Shown here in pieces: positions 1 to 11,152 of a stretch of DNA of 64,000 nucleotides; within the stretch, counting starts at the first letter, position 1; the number at the start of each line of letters is the position of its first letter. Both the position numbers and the translations under genes were made by a program. A model generated the notes under the pieces. That model had not been told where the DNA came from, did not search any database, and worked only from the letters and a program-made list of their open reading frames with translations. The stretch lies in assembly GCA_965226055.1 (NCBI GenBank), contig CBDDCA010000005.1:352001-416000 (forward strand), in the 5' to 3' direction. Origin of the DNA: Spirochaetia bacterium. GTDB taxonomy: Bacteria; Spirochaetota; Spirochaetia; WTKD01; G963693115.

Positions 1-263
1 AAAACAAAGAAAAAGCAATGCGCGTGTTACGTGCAAGAATAACAGCCTTTGAAGAAGAAAAGAAACAATCAGAAATTGCAGCAAAACGAAAACAACAAAT
101 TGGATCAGGAGACAGAAGTGAACGCATACGTACCTATAACTATCCTCAAAACAGAGTTACTGATCATCGTATTAACCTTACACTCTATCAGCTTGATAGA
201 ATGATGGAAGGAGATATACAAGAATTACTTACAAAGCTAAAAATAGAAATGCAGATAGAATAG
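1..263 (+). CDS. prfA: Peptide chain release factor 1, C-terminal part (5' end outside window)
   Basis: [24 protein letters not shown] is the RF1 C-terminal motif; followed by prmC. Confidence 0.95.
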   Translation, partial: NKEKAMRVLRARITAFEEEKKQSEIAAKRKQQIGSGDRSERIRTYNYPQNRVTDHRINLTLYQLDRMMEGDIQELLTKLKIEMQIE

Positions 264-289
264 TGTTTCTTATATGTTGGAGCTTGTAG

Positions 290-1249
290 TTGTATTTATC
301 AACACTACAAAAAACAGTATTTACTTGTCTCTATGGCTCACAAGCACTACAGAGAGAATATGCTTTGAGTGAGCTTCCTTATGCAGATTGTATTGCACGC
401 GAAGTACAAACTATACTGTGTTATGCACTGCACTGTGATATACGATACCTGCTCACTCATACTGATACATACATACACAAAAACAACAAAGAAACTGCAT
501 TGAATATAAGCAATATACGTGCTACTGGATACCCCCTTGCATATGTATTAGGATACCGTTCTTTTTATGAACATACATTTATGGTAAACGAGCATGTTCT
601 TATTCCTCGTCCTGAAACAGAATTACTTGTAGATCTATGTCTTATGTTGATACAAGATATGGCCTTACAGAAAAAAATACCTCACTGTCTCTTAGATTGT
701 GGTACAGGTAGTGGTTGTATAGCACTTTCTCTTGCTGCTGCCCTACAGAAACAACATAATAGTACTTGGTATATTGCCATGAACGATATAGACACACAAG
801 CGTTAGATGTAGCAAAAAATAATGCACACAACATACTAAAAGCCTCCAATGCCACAGACAATACATTACAGCAATATGATATTTCACCGTACGCATATCA
901 AGACAGTTTGCTCACAAAAGTGCTACAGAAACAAGAACTAGCGTCTCATCCCCCTGGCATTATTGTAGCCAACCTTCCCTATGTGTGCCACCATGAACTA
1001 CCTTTTTCTTGCATACACAACGAACCAACTACAGCACTCAGTGATCATTCTATAGGGGGAATCAGCACCATACGACAGTTCATTACACAAGCCTCTTTGT
1101 TGGCCCACAACTGCATTATACTGCTTGAGTTTGATCCTCTACAAATTGATACCATTATGGCTTTGCTTGTATACAGTAATTTTACTTACATACAATATCA
1201 TAAAGATATACGCAGTCAACTACGTTTTATGAGTGCAAGAAACTTTTAA
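290..1249 (+). CDS. prmC: Release factor glutamine methyltransferase PrmC/HemK
   Basis: PLAYVLG, VLIPRPETE, DCGTGSGCIA and ANLPY motifs; TTG start uncertain. Confidence 0.93.
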   Translation: MYLSTLQKTVFTCLYGSQALQREYALSELPYADCIAREVQTILCYALHCDIRYLLTHTDTYIHKNNKETALNISNIRATGYPLAYVLGYRSFYEHTFMVNEHVLIPRPETELLVDLCLMLIQDMALQKKIPHCLLDCGTGSGCIALSLAAALQKQHNSTWYIAMNDIDTQALDVAKNNAHNILKASNATDNTLQQYDISPYAYQDSLLTKVLQKQELASHPPGIIVANLPYVCHHELPFSCIHNEPTTALSDHSIGGISTIRQFITQASLLAHNCIILLEFDPLQIDTIMALLVYSNFTYIQYHKDIRSQLRFMSARNF

Positions 1250-1280
1250 TACATAGCACTCCTTATTGCTCTCTCTGGTT

Positions 1281-1315
1281 CTATAGCAAGAAAGAGCTAT
1301 CCTTTCTTGCTATAG
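1281..1315. terminator. Conserved 3' hairpin of lipoprotein copy A
   Basis: CTATAGCAAGAAAG-agctatc-CTTTCTTGCTATAG; the same hairpin follows copies B, C and D; no clear U-tract. Confidence 0.7.
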
Positions 1316-1336
1316 GTATGCATTTCTATGCTACGA

Positions 1337-4300
1337 TTATGTACATGCTGGATTACCTTTAAAAATCTTTGGGTGCTTGTTTGTTTTACTTTCCATAGCT
1401 GAGCCTTTGAACTCAGTAGATGATATTTGACCGTGTGAACACAATTTCCATGATGATAAATCTTGATCAAAATTACTAGTATTTTTAAATATATCAAAAA
1501 GATTTATAACATTCTTTACATTCCATTTTCCTATATTTTGATTAAAAGCACTTGCGCCACTAAACATACCATTCATAATAGTAACTTTGCTCACTTCCCA
1601 GCTTCCTATGTCTTGATTAAAAGCACTTGCGCCATTAAACATATTGTCCATCTCAGTAACTTTGCTCACATCCCAACTTCCTATGTCTTGATTAAAAGCA
1701 GAAGCTCTACCAAACATAATACCCATATTAGTTACTTTACTCACATCCCAACTTCCTATGTCTTGATTAAAAACGCTTGCACGCAAAAACATAGAGCGCA
1801 TATTCTCTACATTACTGGTGTTCCACTGTGTTATGTCTCCATTAAAAGTACTATCGCTACTAAATAAACTAAGCATATCAGTAATAGCACTGGTGTCTAT
1901 CATGTTGAGGTTGGGGCTATTGGTGTTTTGTCTCCCTGCTCCTCTTTCTGCAGTGATAATATCTTGCAGTGCTTTCTTTGTCGTTGGTCTATAATAGCTA
2001 GCTACTTGTCCTGCTAGTTTCACCAGTCCTGTCTCTACATTGATAGTCGCAAGTGCCTTTTGTCCCGAGTATGCTCCTGCAGAAGTAATGGTACACTCCA
2101 CTACCTCGTAGTTATACTCAGTTATAGCAGTATCATGTATGTTTGATTTATTTGCTGTACCTCTTATTGTTACTGTATTGGTATTTTTTGCAAATGTTAC
2201 TGCTAAGCCTGTTTCTTCTTTGAGTGTGCTGTCATCTAATGTGCTTTCATCACAGGTAAAGGTAAGTCCACTAGGACTGATACTGGTAAGTACTCTCGTT
2301 GTATTTTGTGCGAGTGCTGTGCCTACTGTTGCTGATACCTTTGTGGCGTTTCCTATCGCTACTGCTGGGGTGCTGGCAGATACTGCTGTTGCTTCTGCTG
2401 ATACTTTTGTCTTTTTAAGGCTATTTACTGCTACTGCGGTAATATAGTATTTTGTATTCAATCGTAGATTGCTTATTGTATAGCTTGTTGCTCCTGTTGG
2501 CACATCGTCTTTTTCTGCTCCTTCTTGTGCATCGCTTGCTCCTTGTGCCTGTGTTTTTACTGTTGCTCCATCTATGTTTGTTTTTGAGGCTGCATAGTAT
2601 ACTATGTAATCTATTTGATTATCTCTTAAATCAGTTCCTTCTGCTGTCGTTCCTTTTACGGTTGGGGCTGTTATGGTAAGTACTATGGTTGCTCCTTGTG
2701 CATTTGCTTGTATGGTGGGCTTTCCTGGTGCGGCATAGGCTTCTTTTGCTATAAACTCCTTGCGTAGTCCTGTTGCTTCTTTGCTGGTATCGGTGCTATT
2801 TACTGCTTGCACTACTATTTCGTAAGTTGTGCCTACTGTCAATCCTGTCAGAGTGCTGTTGGTTGTGCCTGCTGCTACTGTTGTGGAGCTTCCTGCTGCT
2901 GTTTTTATTGCTGCTACGCTTTTTGCACTGCCACTTTTGGCTACTTTGTATACTTTGTACGATACTTGTGCTACTGTTAGAGTGTCTCCTTTGTTTGTTT
3001 TGTGGCTTGCATTGAGACTGGGAGCTGTCCACGATATTGTTGCATTGCCTCCGTCTACTCCCCCTACTTGTATGTTGCTTACTTCTGCGGGAGCTGTCGC
3101 CTGTGATGCGGTTGTTACAGTTGCCACTGTCGATACTGCTTTTTTGCTTGTGTCTGTTTTTACTGCTACTTCTACCACAAAATGATACTTTGTTGCTCCT
3201 TTTATTGCTACTACTGGTGCTGTTTCACTAGACAAACCTAAACTGGCAAGAGCAGAGACAGTGTATACTCCGCTACTTGCACTGCCTATGTTTACTTTTC
3301 TGCCTCTTTGTACTTCTGCTACTGTTGGTGTTGTGTCTTTCTGTAAGCCATACACTGTGTATACTAGCTCATCATTGCTTGTTACTGTTGTGCCATCTTT
3401 GTTTTTTGCTCCTGTTATTGTGCTTAACTGTGTGAGTACGAGCTTTATTGTTCCTGCTGTGTTTGTTGAGGGTGATACTACTAGCTTGCCTGTTAAGGAC
3501 GATGTAGGGGCTGTTGCTTTTGAGGTGGGGATAGTACTCAGTTCTAGTTTTTGTATCAGTGCAGGGTCCTTGCTTTGTGCTTTCTTTGTTGCATAGGGAT
3601 TGAGGCTGTTTATTGCTTCTATGCCTATGGTGTACACTGCTCCTTTTGTTCCTATAAATGTTCCTCGTAAGCTGCTGTTTCCTGCTATCTCTTGCGTTTG
3701 CACTCCTCCCATTGCTTTTATTTCCGCTATAGTTTTAGTACTCTGGTCTCCTGCTACTATGTATACTTTGTACTGTATTTGTGCTTGTGTGAGTTGTCTG
3801 TCATTGGGGGCTTTGTGCTTACTGGTAATTGTTCCTTTTTGAAATTCGTACTGTACGGTATCGCTTGTTTGTGTTGATGTTTCGATAAACAGAGTGAGAT
3901 TTTCTGGTGCTGGGGGGACAGTGGATACTGCATCATATACTGCTACTTTATCAGTGAGCGTTGTTGGGGGGCTTACTCTGTTATTCTCTACTGTGAGAAA
4001 GGTAAAGCTATAGCTTTTTGCATTTGCTTGCGTTGAGGATACTTCTATGCCATCTGCTATGCCAAAGCTAATGGTGGTTGCTGTGTTTGTTATACTTTTT
4101 TCTGCTATCAAGTTTGTGCCATCTAACATACGCAGAGTGTAGTATCTTCCTATGCCTGGAGCTTGCTTAAATGTTGCTTTTATTTGTATTGCTCCCGTTG
4201 TTGTAACTAGGGCAGGCTTGCTTTGAAAGAGATCTTCTGAGGGAGCTGTGAGTGAGTTGGGGGTGCTTATGTCTTTTGTTGCTTGGGTGCTTTTGTTTTC

Positions 4301-6038
4301 TGAGTAATCAAGCGTGAGTATTGTTACGGTATATGTTTTTCCTTGCGTGAGTTCTTCTACAGAGAGTGATATTGTGGGATAGGCTACTTTTTTCTCATTC
4401 AGTACTGTGGTGCTTGTGCCTTTCTCTGCTATGCTTATGCTGTATTCTTTTATGTCTTTGTTGTTGACTTTTGTTATATCGGGGGCTGTCCACGTTATCT
4501 GTGTGCCTACTTTTGCTGCTGATACAAAGGGATAGCTTGCTTGTATGCTTGTCACTGCATCGGGGGCGGTGTTATCTGCTACTGTATCTACTGTGGCAGT
4601 TGCTTCTGTTCCTTTGTTGCCTGCACTGTCCATTGATACTACTGCCACTGTATACTCGGTGGTAGCTTTGAGGCCTGGTATCTGCGTGTTGCGTACTGTT
4701 CTCTCTGTTATTGTCACTGTCTTTGCTGCTGTTGTGCTGTCCTTTTCTGTTGCTGTTATAGTCACTCCTGCATAGTCTCGTACATCAGGGGCTTGCCAGC
4801 CTACTACTAGGCTTGTTGCTCCTCCTACTACACTCACATTGCTTACAGGCTCTGTGCTTTTGTCTGTTGTTGCTTGTTCTTTTGACACTGCAGTGGAGTA
4901 CTTTCCGTTTTTAAAAACATACACTTCTACTTTGTACGTAAGCGTGCCATAGAGTTTTGTGAGTGCTATGCCGTCCTTTGCTACATACACAGTGGCGTAC
5001 TCTTGATTGTCTGCACTTGCAGAACTGAGTTTGGCTGTACTGCTATTGTTCACAGTTTCCTCTGCTACTACTGTATTTGTTGCTTTTGTTGTTACTCGTA
5101 CTAAGAGGCTTTTGTCCGTAAAGGTAACATTTCCCCACTTGATAAGCAGGCTCTCATCGGCTGGGCTATTGCTTTTATCGTTTGCTGTTACTGTAAGATC
5201 TGCCTCTGGCAGTGGCGTTACTGTTTGTGAAAGCTGTGATGCTTGCACGCCTGTCAATACTGTTGTAGGACTGCTTGTGTTGTCATTTCTGTCTTTGTAG
5301 CGTATTTCTACATCATAGGATATGCCTGCAAGCGTGGAGACATTTGGAAGTATAACTTCTCCTTGTTGTAGGTTCTGCACGGTAGCTTGTGCAAGCACTA
5401 TGCCACCAGTCGTGCTTTTTACCACTATCGTTGCTTCGGCTATATCTGTTTTGCCTGATGCAAGTCGCTCTTTGTCCCATGTTATCTTTATGCCATCCCC
5501 CGACTTCTCTACTCCTACCTGTGTCAATGTGTCTTGTGGTGCAGTAGTATCTATCAGTGTTGTAACAGAGCGTGTTGTTTTTGGTGATACTTCTGTGTCT
5601 TTTTGTGCCTCTATCTCTACAGTGTAGTCGGTGAGTGCTTGTAAGCCTTTGAGTTGGTACGATTGTCCTTGTTGAAAGAGTGTTTGATATTCTATTGCAG
5701 GAACACGCACCTGTATGGACTGTGCTGGCGTTGTTGATGTAGCTTTTACGACTACATGCGTGGCATCACTGGGAGCTTCCCAGCGTAAAGCAAGTGTCCC
5801 ATCGTTGCTTGCTACTTGTATCTGCACATTGGACACTGATGCGAGTGTCGGGGTTACTGGCGTTCCCCCTCCGCCTGATGAGGAACTGCTACTGCCCTCC
5901 GAACATCCTACAAGTACGAGGGTAGTCATTGCTAGCACTACTAGTATAGTTAGGTTTTGCTTATACAAGAGTGTACCCCCCCCCCCCCCCGATTTTTTTC
6001 ACGCTGTATAGCTCTTTACTTTTGTAGCTATCATTCAT
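1337..6038 (-). CDS. Giant FN3-stalk/DUF285-tip surface lipoprotein, copy A; phase-OFF as assembled (G15 frameshift)
   Basis: AGGAG-led ATG at 6038 gives [25 protein letters not shown] (TAA 5963-5961). The main frame 5968-1337 has lipobox LVLVGC, FN3-like repeats (W.AP ... GL...T.Y.V.V) and five 25-aa [16 protein letters not shown] repeats. Confidence 0.88.
5976..5990 (-). repeat. Poly-G tract (G15) in the signal-peptide coding region of copy A
   Basis: 15 C on the + strand; G14 or G17 would restore the frame. Confidence 0.9.
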
Positions 6039-6091
6039 AGAAATACTCCTTACTATTTGTTTTATTGTATATAGTATTATACACAATAGTT

Positions 6092-6100
6092 ATTATAGCA
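6092..6100 (-). promoter_or_regulatory. Extended -10 promoter (TGCTATAAT) for copy A
   Basis: TGnTATAAT; the same upstream sequence is conserved before copy C (~60608-60616). Confidence 0.55.
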
Positions 6101-6203
6101 CAAAATAGTATTTCATATATCTGCAAAGAAAATAATAACTTTTGAACTCACGTTATCTATCCAGTATTTACTTAAAATGTACAGAATATACTATACTATA
6201 AAT

Positions 6204-6695
6204 ATGGCTACAATTTCACATCATGGACAAGAAGTACATACAGTAGGCGAACTCCCTTCTGTAGGAACAAAAGCAAAAGATTTTGCCTTATTAGATGAGC
6301 AGCTACAAACTGCTACTTTAGAAACATTTGCTGGTCAGCGAAAAATACTTAACATTTTTCCCAGTATTGATACCTCTACCTGTGCTAGCAGTGTAAAAAC
6401 ATTTGAAGTAAAAATACCTGATAACACAGTAGTGCTTAACATAAGTAGAGATACTCCATTTGCACAAAAACGTTTCTGTCAATCCAATAGTATAGGCAAA
6501 GGCATTTCTTTAAGCGATATGTCACATACATTTGGAAACGATTATGCTCTTACCATCATTTCAGGAAAACTAAAAGATTTCTTATCACGTGCTGTTATTG
6601 TTCTTGATATTGATAATACAGTGCTATATACCGAACAAGTGGCAGAGATTACACAAGAACCAGAGTATGAGAAAGCAATAGAAGTTCTGAAATAA
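6204..6695 (+). CDS. tpx: Thiol peroxidase Tpx
   Basis: NIFPSIDTSTC, ISRDTPFAQKRFC; start at MATISH (6204) fits Tpx length. Confidence 0.93.
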   Translation: MATISHHGQEVHTVGELPSVGTKAKDFALLDEQLQTATLETFAGQRKILNIFPSIDTSTCASSVKTFEVKIPDNTVVLNISRDTPFAQKRFCQSNSIGKGISLSDMSHTFGNDYALTIISGKLKDFLSRAVIVLDIDNTVLYTEQVAEITQEPEYEKAIEVLK

Positions 6696-6714
6696 TCACT
6701 TGTATATTTATATA

Positions 6715-7743
6715 CTATAATAATTTTATAACATTACTTATTGCTTCCTGATAACTTTCTAAAGGAGCTTTTTGTATTTGGGTTTTCCCATGTTGTAATA
6801 CATACAAACTGTTTTTTAAATCTGATATAGGAGTTGCTAATTCCGATGCTGTTATTGCTACTGCATGTGCATCAGGTACTTCTAGACTGATAATGCCTGC
6901 TTGTAATTTCATCTTATCTTTTAATGTATTTGTCCTAATTCTTATTTCTTCATACATAGCACCAAATGCTTTACTTGGTGCATTTCTGCTTGTTGTATAT
7001 CTATTTAGTAAGACTAAATGTATTGTTGGCACTTCTAAACCATTTGCTTTAGCTTTCGCAGAAAAATTAGTTTTTGAGTAAAGTTGTGATACACCAACTC
7101 CAAATAATAATTTTCCTATATTATCTATTGCTCTAGCAGAAGCCCCATCTGCAGTACAAGGAACAATTAATCTTTTAGATGCAATCACTGCTTGGGCTGT
7201 GTATGTAGCAAAACTTGGATTACAATCTATAAAGTAGGTTACATTATTAGTATATTTACTAGAAATACCTTCTTGTAAATCTATGATCCACTTATGGACA
7301 TTAGTCCACCTATCTTCTGGTAAGTCTACTGATGCTATTTGATTAATAGACTGAACTTGTAATTCCAAGGATGGATCCCCACTCACCAGTAAAAGATTAT
7401 CTGGCAGTTCTGTTATCCCTAAATCTTTCCTAACTTCAATTACATATTCAGACTCCGAACCTGTGTTTTTATCTGGGTTTGATAACCTTTTATCAAAGTA
7501 CCCCCCTATAGTCTTTCTGTTTTTGTTTTTATTCTCATCATGTTCATTTGCTAATAACTTAGATAGATTTTCATACCCTCTCCCATTTCCTCCTAATACA
7601 ATTTCACTAACATTTGCTTGTGGACACATATCAATTATACAAACTTGTTTATTGGGATTTTTCTTTGCATATTCGGTAGCAAGTACAAACGTTAGAAACG
7701 ATTTACCGACACCACCCTTATTATTCCAAATTGCATACTGCAT
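6715..7743 (-). CDS. Orphan ParA/Soj-family ATPase
   Basis: Deviant Walker A NNKGGVGKS, IDMCPQAN, FIDCNPS; GGAGG RBS before ATG 7743. Confidence 0.85.
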   Translation of the reverse strand: MQYAIWNNKGGVGKSFLTFVLATEYAKKNPNKQVCIIDMCPQANVSEIVLGGNGRGYENLSKLLANEHDENKNKNRKTIGGYFDKRLSNPDKNTGSESEYVIEVRKDLGITELPDNLLLVSGDPSLELQVQSINQIASVDLPEDRWTNVHKWIIDLQEGISSKYTNNVTYFIDCNPSFATYTAQAVIASKRLIVPCTADGASARAIDNIGKLLFGVGVSQLYSKTNFSAKAKANGLEVPTIHLVLLNRYTTSRNAPSKAFGAMYEEIRIRTNTLKDKMKLQAGIISLEVPDAHAVAITASELATPISDLKNSLYVLQHGKTQIQKAPLESYQEAISNVIKLL

Positions 7744-7939
7744 ACATATTCCTCCTAAGTTATAATATACATTATACCATATATAATATAATTTGTTATA
7801 CAATTATGTTATTTTCATCTTGTTATCATTTCACAATAATTTATTTAGCACAGCAAAATATATAAGTCCATACTAACTATCACAAACATTCCTATACATA
7901 TATCTCCTCCCATCTCTTACTATATGCTATACTATACAT

Positions 7940-8830
7940 ATGAATACACTACAAGGTACCTTTACAGCACTCATTACTCCGTTTCACGAAGATGGTTCTT
8001 TAGATGAAGTTGCTTTACGAAATTTAGTAGATCAACAAATAGAAAGTGGTATAACAGGACTCGTTCCTGTAGGCACTACAGGAGAAAGCCCTACCCTTAG
8101 TCATCAAGAACACAGCAAAGTTATTCGTATAGTAGTAGAACAAACAAATAAACGTGTTCCTGTCATTGCAGGCACTGGTTCTAATAGTACCCAAGAAGCA
8201 ATAGAGCTTACACTTGCAGCAAAAGAGCTTGGGGCAGACGCATCATTACAAGTAGCTCCCTATTACAATAAACCATCACAAGAAGGATGTATACAACACT
8301 TCACTGCCATAGCTGACCAAGCAAAGTTACCCCTTATTCTCTATAATATCCCTGGACGCACAGGCAAAAATATAGAAATAGACACTATTGTACATCTCTC
8401 TGAGCATCCTATGATTATAGGAGTAAAAGAAGCCACAGGAAATATAACACAAGCAGTAGATATTATGAAAAAGGTAACAAAAAAAGATTTCAGCGTACTC
8501 AGCGGAGACGATGCTCTTACATTAGGTATGATGGTACATGGCGGACATGGAGTTATATCAGTAACAAGCAATGTATTGCCTCAACACATGGCATCACTTA
8601 CGGCTCTATCCCTTGCAGAAGATTTTGTATCAGCTCGAAAATTATTTTTTACACTACTCCCATTTTTTCATGCAACCTTTATTGACACTAACCCTATCCC
8701 TATAAAATATGCTGCCTCTATTTTAGGAATATGTAAAGAAACATATCGTCTTCCCTTATGTCCACTCTCTCATGCCCATAAGCAAGCAGTAAAAGACAGT
8801 TTACAACAAGTACAAGCAGCCATATCGTAA
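7940..8830 (+). CDS. dapA: 4-hydroxy-tetrahydrodipicolinate synthase
   Basis: GTTGESPTL, PYYNKP, LYNIPGRTG and GVKEA motifs. Confidence 0.96.
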   Translation: MNTLQGTFTALITPFHEDGSLDEVALRNLVDQQIESGITGLVPVGTTGESPTLSHQEHSKVIRIVVEQTNKRVPVIAGTGSNSTQEAIELTLAAKELGADASLQVAPYYNKPSQEGCIQHFTAIADQAKLPLILYNIPGRTGKNIEIDTIVHLSEHPMIIGVKEATGNITQAVDIMKKVTKKDFSVLSGDDALTLGMMVHGGHGVISVTSNVLPQHMASLTALSLAEDFVSARKLFFTLLPFFHATFIDTNPIPIKYAASILGICKETYRLPLCPLSHAHKQAVKDSLQQVQAAIS

Positions 8831-8847
8831 TACATACAAGCAATGTC

Positions 8848-9795
8848 CTACTGTGTTACTTGATCTATGTATTTTGCTAACTGAACATACTGTTTGACTG
8901 CTACTTCTTCTGCACGCATATGTACACTTATTGAACATGTTTCTAATAAATGGCATATACTTGCTTTTTTTTCCTCACTTGTTTTCATATCATCAAATAA
9001 CCCATTAACAGAAAGCAACATAGGAACTAAAGTATTATATAATTTTTTTCTCCTTTGACTAAACGCTGCACGTACTATAGCACATAAAAGAGAATATGCA
9101 CTATTCCCTATATGGGTATCAGGAATACAGCTAAACACAGTAGACTCCACACTCGGTACAGGATAGAATGAATCGGCAGATACAGAAAAATGATGAGACA
9201 AAGAAAAAACACTTTGCATAAGCACCGAACTTATACCATATTGGCTTTCGCCTACTGTACTCACTAAGCGATCTACCGCCTCTTTTTGTATCATATATAC
9301 AGCAGGAACATGCAACTGTTCTAAAGAGCTTATCTTTATTAAGATACGTACCGCAGAACTGTAGGGTAAATTACCACATACCACATGTGGCAATGTAGCA
9401 CCGCTTGACACATACTGCCCCAATGTTTTTTCGGCATCTCCAGAAACAATAGTAATTTTTCCCATCGCTCGTTCTTGAGCAAACTCTTTTTCTAAAAAAT
9501 GTATTATTCCATAATCAATTTCAAAGACAGTCAGCTGTACATCAGGCAATAATAATGCAGCGCTTACACTTCCTAGCCCAGGACCTATTTCCCAAATCCT
9601 TAATGGCTTTTGCTTGCCATTTATATGAGCTAACGAAAATATAAGCTGAGCTATTTTTTCTACAAAAAAATAGTTTGTAAGAAAATTTTGCCCCCATCGT
9701 TTTTTTAATGCAAGAGAATGAGTAGCAAGAAGCTCTTTAATGTTCTGTTTTTTGTAAAGAATAGTGTGCATAGTATCCCGATATAATAAAGCCAT
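8848..9795 (-). CDS. rsmA: 16S rRNA adenine dimethyltransferase RsmA/KsgA
   Basis: KKRWGQNFL, EIGPGLG, GNLPY, AFSQRRKKL; start may be 9771. Confidence 0.93.
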   Translation of the reverse strand: MALLYRDTMHTILYKKQNIKELLATHSLALKKRWGQNFLTNYFFVEKIAQLIFSLAHINGKQKPLRIWEIGPGLGSVSAALLLPDVQLTVFEIDYGIIHFLEKEFAQERAMGKITIVSGDAEKTLGQYVSSGATLPHVVCGNLPYSSAVRILIKISSLEQLHVPAVYMIQKEAVDRLVSTVGESQYGISSVLMQSVFSLSHHFSVSADSFYPVPSVESTVFSCIPDTHIGNSAYSLLCAIVRAAFSQRRKKLYNTLVPMLLSVNGLFDDMKTSEEKKASICHLLETCSISVHMRAEEVAVKQYVQLAKYIDQVTQ

Positions 9796-11047
9796 ACTTC
9801 CGTTTTACATCTCTATTAGAGTATAGTGTAAATAATAATAACACACATACCACTATATATAATAATACTAACTGCTCTATACTTTCTATAGCAATAGCAC
9901 CAGACGCATAAGACATACTATAACGAATAATTGCTCCCACTCCCTGTACAATAACACCAAGATACAATGAAAAAACATTTGGCAACACCAAAAATAACAC
10001 TCCACACAATATGAAAAAAATTACCAACGGAGTCAATACTATTGCACTAAACAAAGCAATAGGATACACTGCCTTAAATACAATAAAGCTATACCATGCC
10101 GTAGTTATCAAAGCCCCAAACCCCACACTAAGAGTTTGTATTATCGCAGGAGGAACATAAGAGTCCAACCTATGAGGAAACATAGCCCTCCCATACACAA
10201 CACCGATTAACGCTAATTGAGATAAAACAAGCCCAACATTACTCAGCGAACGAGTAAACCCTAACAGAAAAATAATACTAGTCATACTCCACAGACTCAT
10301 AAAGTGAATTTTTCCCCATACTAATGAACATAGCAAAGAAAGAGTAAACATAATGGCAGCTCGATACAACGAAGGAATAAACCCTAACCATATACAGTAT
10401 GCCCATACAACCAAAAGACTTACGCCCGCATGTAAAAAAACTGGTATTTTGCCTTTACACCGTAACAATACATACAACAACACATTTAAGTGAAACCCTG
10501 ACAGAGCAAGAAGATGACTTGCTCCTGCACGCCTAGAAATATCACGCAATGCTCCCGATAAATACTGCTTTCTCCCAACAAGTAAAGCACTCAATAATCC
10601 CGCACTATCTTCATCAGCATACCGCATAGTTTTATCCACAATAAACTGTGCTACTGTATCTGCATCATAATTCCATGACAATATAGTAGTAGTTTGTAAC
10701 TTACTCTCTTTTTGCAATACCATAGCACTGGTACTCTCTTGCTCAGCAGTATTAATAACAGTATGATGTGTCCATGTAAGAGAGTACCAATACTGCACTA
10801 AAATAATAAAATAACATACACACAACACCATCAACATACTACCCCTATGCTGTTTCACACATAGTAGTATATTATTTCCTTTCCTTTGTTGTCTATTTTC
10901 TAAAAACCCCTTCTTTTGTTTTGATGCTTTCCCTAACACATATATACATTGGGAACTCAAAAATATCAACAGTATTACATCAGTATACTGTACAAACATA
11001 CGAGAGAGAATACAAAATAACGATAAAATAAATAGAAACTGTGCCAT
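9737..11047 (-). CDS. comEC: ComEC/Rec2-family competence membrane protein (core domain only)
   Basis: ALLVG, AGASHLLALSGFHL, PSLYRAAIM; multiple TM segments. Confidence 0.85.
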   Translation of the reverse strand: MAQFLFILSLFCILSRMFVQYTDVILLIFLSSQCIYVLGKASKQKKGFLENRQQRKGNNILLCVKQHRGSMLMVLCVCYFIILVQYWYSLTWTHHTVINTAEQESTSAMVLQKESKLQTTTILSWNYDADTVAQFIVDKTMRYADEDSAGLLSALLVGRKQYLSGALRDISRRAGASHLLALSGFHLNVLLYVLLRCKGKIPVFLHAGVSLLVVWAYCIWLGFIPSLYRAAIMFTLSLLCSLVWGKIHFMSLWSMTSIIFLLGFTRSLSNVGLVLSQLALIGVVYGRAMFPHRLDSYVPPAIIQTLSVGFGALITTAWYSFIVFKAVYPIALFSAIVLTPLVIFFILCGVLFLVLPNVFSLYLGVIVQGVGAIIRYSMSYASGAIAIESIEQLVLLYIVVCVLLLFTLYSNRDVKRKYGFIISGYYAHYSLQKTEH

Positions 11048-11152
11048 ATATCTGTATACACAAAAAAAATTATCTTACTTGAAGTATCATATAATAACAA
11101 CAATGAGTAATTTTTTAATGAAATAGTACACTCTAAAAAACAGTAATTTCCT

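Noticed and set aside
1337-1900. Diversity-generating retroelement (variable 3' end plus downstream hairpin)
   Set aside because: No reverse transcriptase or template repeat in the window. Tip differences include whole-repeat indels and G/C changes with many conserved adenines, unlike A-specific DGR mutagenesis. A remote DGR is not formally excluded.
1463-6011. Many + strand ORFs antisense to the lipoprotein genes (repeated at B, C and D)
   Set aside because: Shadow frames caused by ACA/GCA/AGC-rich codon use. They have no RBS, low-complexity Leu/Cys/Val translations, and are conserved only because the real gene is duplicated.
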